Below, piece by piece: positions 36,876 to 38,525 of a DNA stretch of 38,525 nucleotides. The notes under the pieces are model-generated. The model ran no database searches. It was not told the origin of the DNA and saw only the letters and a list, made by a program, of their open reading frames with translations. The stretch comes from Clostridia bacterium (GTDB lineage: Bacteria > Bacillota > Clostridia > Oscillospirales > Acutalibacteraceae), in NCBI GenBank assembly GCA_017538005.1, contig JAFYJR010000047.1, forward strand, positions 1-38,525, given 5' to 3'. Position 1 is the first letter of the stretch, and each line of letters opens with the position of its first letter. A program made the translations under genes and the position numbers.

Positions 36876-38525
36876 TTATTCTTCTTCGCCGTAGAGTTTG
36901 ATAAGTTTCTGAAGGTGTGCGTAGCGGGCCTTCGCGTTCTCCTCTGCCTCCGTGAAGAGTGCTTCTGCGCGCTCGGGGAAGGAGCGGGTGAGAGCGCTGT
37001 ATCTTGCCTCGTTCATGAGGAAGGTGCGGTAGCCCTCTGTCTCCGGAACCTTGGAGTCAAGCGTGAACGGGTTCTTGCCCTCCGCCTTAAGCGCGGGATT
37101 GTAGCGGAACATGTTCCAGTAACCGCAGTCAACAGCCTTCTTCATCTCGGCCTGGCAGTTAACCATGCCGCCCTTGATGCTGTGCATCTCGCAGGGTGAG
37201 TAACCGATGATGAGTGAAGGTCCGTGGTATGCCTCTGCCTCTGCGATAGCTTTCAGTGTCTGGTTCTGGTCAGCACCCATGGCGACCTGAGCAACATAGA
37301 CATATCCGTAGGACATCGCGATTTCGGCGAGGCTCTTCTTGGCGATAGCCTTACCTGCCGCGGCAAACTGGGCAACCTGGCCTATCTGTGAGGCCTTGGA
37401 AGCCTGTCCGCCTGTGTTGGAATAAACTTCTGTATCAAATACGAAGACATTGACATCTTCGCCGGAAGCGAGTACGTGGTCGAGACCGCCGAAACCTATG
37501 TCGTAAGCCCAGCCGTCGCCGCCGAAGATCCAGATGGACTTCTTCTGGAGATACTGTTTCTTCGCGAGAATCTCTTTTGCGAGAGGTCCGTTGCAGCTTT
37601 CAAGAGCGGCAATGTAGTTCTTCGTGGCTTCCTTGTTGGCTTCGCCGTCGTACATTGTGTCGAGCCATGCCTGAGCGGCGGGTTTTACGCCTTCCTTGTC
37701 GCAGTTTTCGATAACTTCTCTTGTCTTTTCGGCAAGGAATTCGCGGATTGCGTTCTGGCCGAGGAACATGCCGTAGCCATGCTCTGCGTTATCCTCGAAA
37801 AGGGAGTTGGCCCATGCGGGACCGCGGCCCTCGGCATTCACCGTGTACGGTGATGTGCCCGCGGGACCGCCCCAGATTGAGGAACAGCCTGTGGCGTTGG
37901 AGATGTACATACGATCGCCGAAGAGCTGGGTTACGAGGCGGGCGTAAGCTGTTTCGGCACAGCCTGCGCATGAGCCTGAGAACTCAAGCAGCGGTTTTCT
38001 GAACTGTGAGGAGATGACGGAGAGTTTGTTTGTTGTCTCCGGCTTCTCTGTAACATGAGCTACGCAGTAGTCGAATGCCGCCTGCTGCTCATCCTGTGAT
38101 TCACGGGATACCATCTTGAGTGACTCTGTCGGGCAGACGCCTACGCAGACGCCGCATCCCATACAGTCAAGCGGGGAGATGGCAAGTGTGAATGTGTAGT
38201 CTGTGCCGTTGACCGGCTTCTCTGCAAACTTTGTAACCGCCGGGGCCTTTGCTTTCTCGTCAGCATCAAGAGCGAAAGGTCTGATGGTTGCGTGAGGGCA
38301 GACATATGCGCACTTGTTGCACTTGACGCAGGTCTCGTTGTTCCACTCGGGAACCATTACTGCGACGCCGCGCTTCTCATACGCTGACGCGCCCTGCTCG
38401 AACTGACCGTCCGCGTGGCTTGTGAAAGCCGAAGCGGGAATCTTGTAGCCGTCCATATGACCGACGGGTTCCATAATTTCCTTGACCTGTTTTACGAGAG
38501 CGTCAGGTCCTTCGAGAGCGGCGGC
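36876..38525 (-). CDS. nifJ: Pyruvate:ferredoxin (flavodoxin) oxidoreductase, C-terminal half (5' end beyond window)
   Basis: The frame stays open to base 38525, upstream of the track's Met at 38474. Ferredoxin domain CVKCNKCAYVCP / CMGCGVCVGVCP. TPP domain GGDGWAYDIGFGGLDHV...NVFVFDTEVYSNTGGQ. Confidence 0.92.
   Translation of the reverse strand, partial: AAALEGPDALVKQVKEIMEPVGHMDGYKIPASAFTSHADGQFEQGASAYEKRGVAVMVPEWNNETCVKCNKCAYVCPHATIRPFALDADEKAKAPAVTKFAEKPVNGTDYTFTLAISPLDCMGCGVCVGVCPTESLKMVSRESQDEQQAAFDYCVAHVTEKPETTNKLSVISSQFRKPLLEFSGSCAGCAETAYARLVTQLFGDRMYISNATGCSSIWGGPAGTSPYTVNAEGRGPAWANSLFEDNAEHGYGMFLGQNAIREFLAEKTREVIENCDKEGVKPAAQAWLDTMYDGEANKEATKNYIAALESCNGPLAKEILAKKQYLQKKSIWIFGGDGWAYDIGFGGLDHVLASGEDVNVFVFDTEVYSNTGGQASKASQIGQVAQFAAAGKAIAKKSLAEIAMSYGYVYVAQVAMGADQNQTLKAIAEAEAYHGPSLIIGYSPCEMHSIKGGMVNCQAEMKKAVDCGYWNMFRYNPALKAEGKNPFTLDSKVPETEGYRTFLMNEARYSALTRSFPERAEALFTEAEENAKARYAHLQKLIKLYGEEE

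Noticed and set aside
1-38525. Scan for tRNA/rRNA genes, CRISPR arrays, IS elements, inverted terminal repeats and prophage genes.
   Set aside because: Intergenic space is minimal. The largest gaps are 11294-11591 and 27742-27908, and both are accounted for by terminator, promoter and leader features. No transposase- or integrase-like ORFs and no long direct or inverted repeats were noticed.

Overview
Firmicutes/Clostridia-like chromosomal window (strong GGAGG Shine-Dalgarno sites, frequent GTG/TTG starts, many overlapping stop/start junctions), almost entirely coding. No tRNA, rRNA, CRISPR array, transposase or integrase was seen. Layout: (i) 1-11.3 kb holds the distal S10-spc-alpha ribosomal superoperon, from rpsC (partial) to rplQ, including secY, adk, map, infA, rpoA and rpmJ, which is too short for the ORF track. 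(ii) 11.35-20.3 kb has one promoter and a candidate Moco/Tuco-type riboswitch with a terminator platform. These drive a tightly packed 10-gene operon: a TupABC-like tungstate/molybdate importer whose binding protein looks circularly permuted, an embedded SAM methyltransferase, moaA, a moaE-like gene, moaB/mog, moeA, a moeA-PBP fusion and moaC. (iii) 20.3-25.8 kb holds an orphan family-5 solute-binding lipoprotein, rmuC and a GH3 beta-glucosidase. (iv) 25.8-31.4 kb is a tungsten-enzyme island made of two divergent operons. The minus-strand operon encodes a ThiF/MoeB-like E1 and a multi-TM protein resembling an M28 peptidase with degenerate metal ligands. The plus-strand operon encodes a MoaD/ThiS-like protein ending in GGG, an aldehyde:ferredoxin oxidoreductase (AOR), a six-cluster polyferredoxin and an unknown internally repeated 131-aa protein. 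(v) 31.4-38.5 kb, minus strand, runs PFOR (partial), glpK, an Ldh_2-family dehydrogenase, malic enzyme and a surface protein with very short gaps. The best candidates for undescribed biology are the AOR island (the E1-associated pseudo-peptidase membrane protein and the repeat protein), the permuted TupA, and the methyltransferase wired into the tup-moa operon. All family assignments come from reading motifs by eye. No database search was run.
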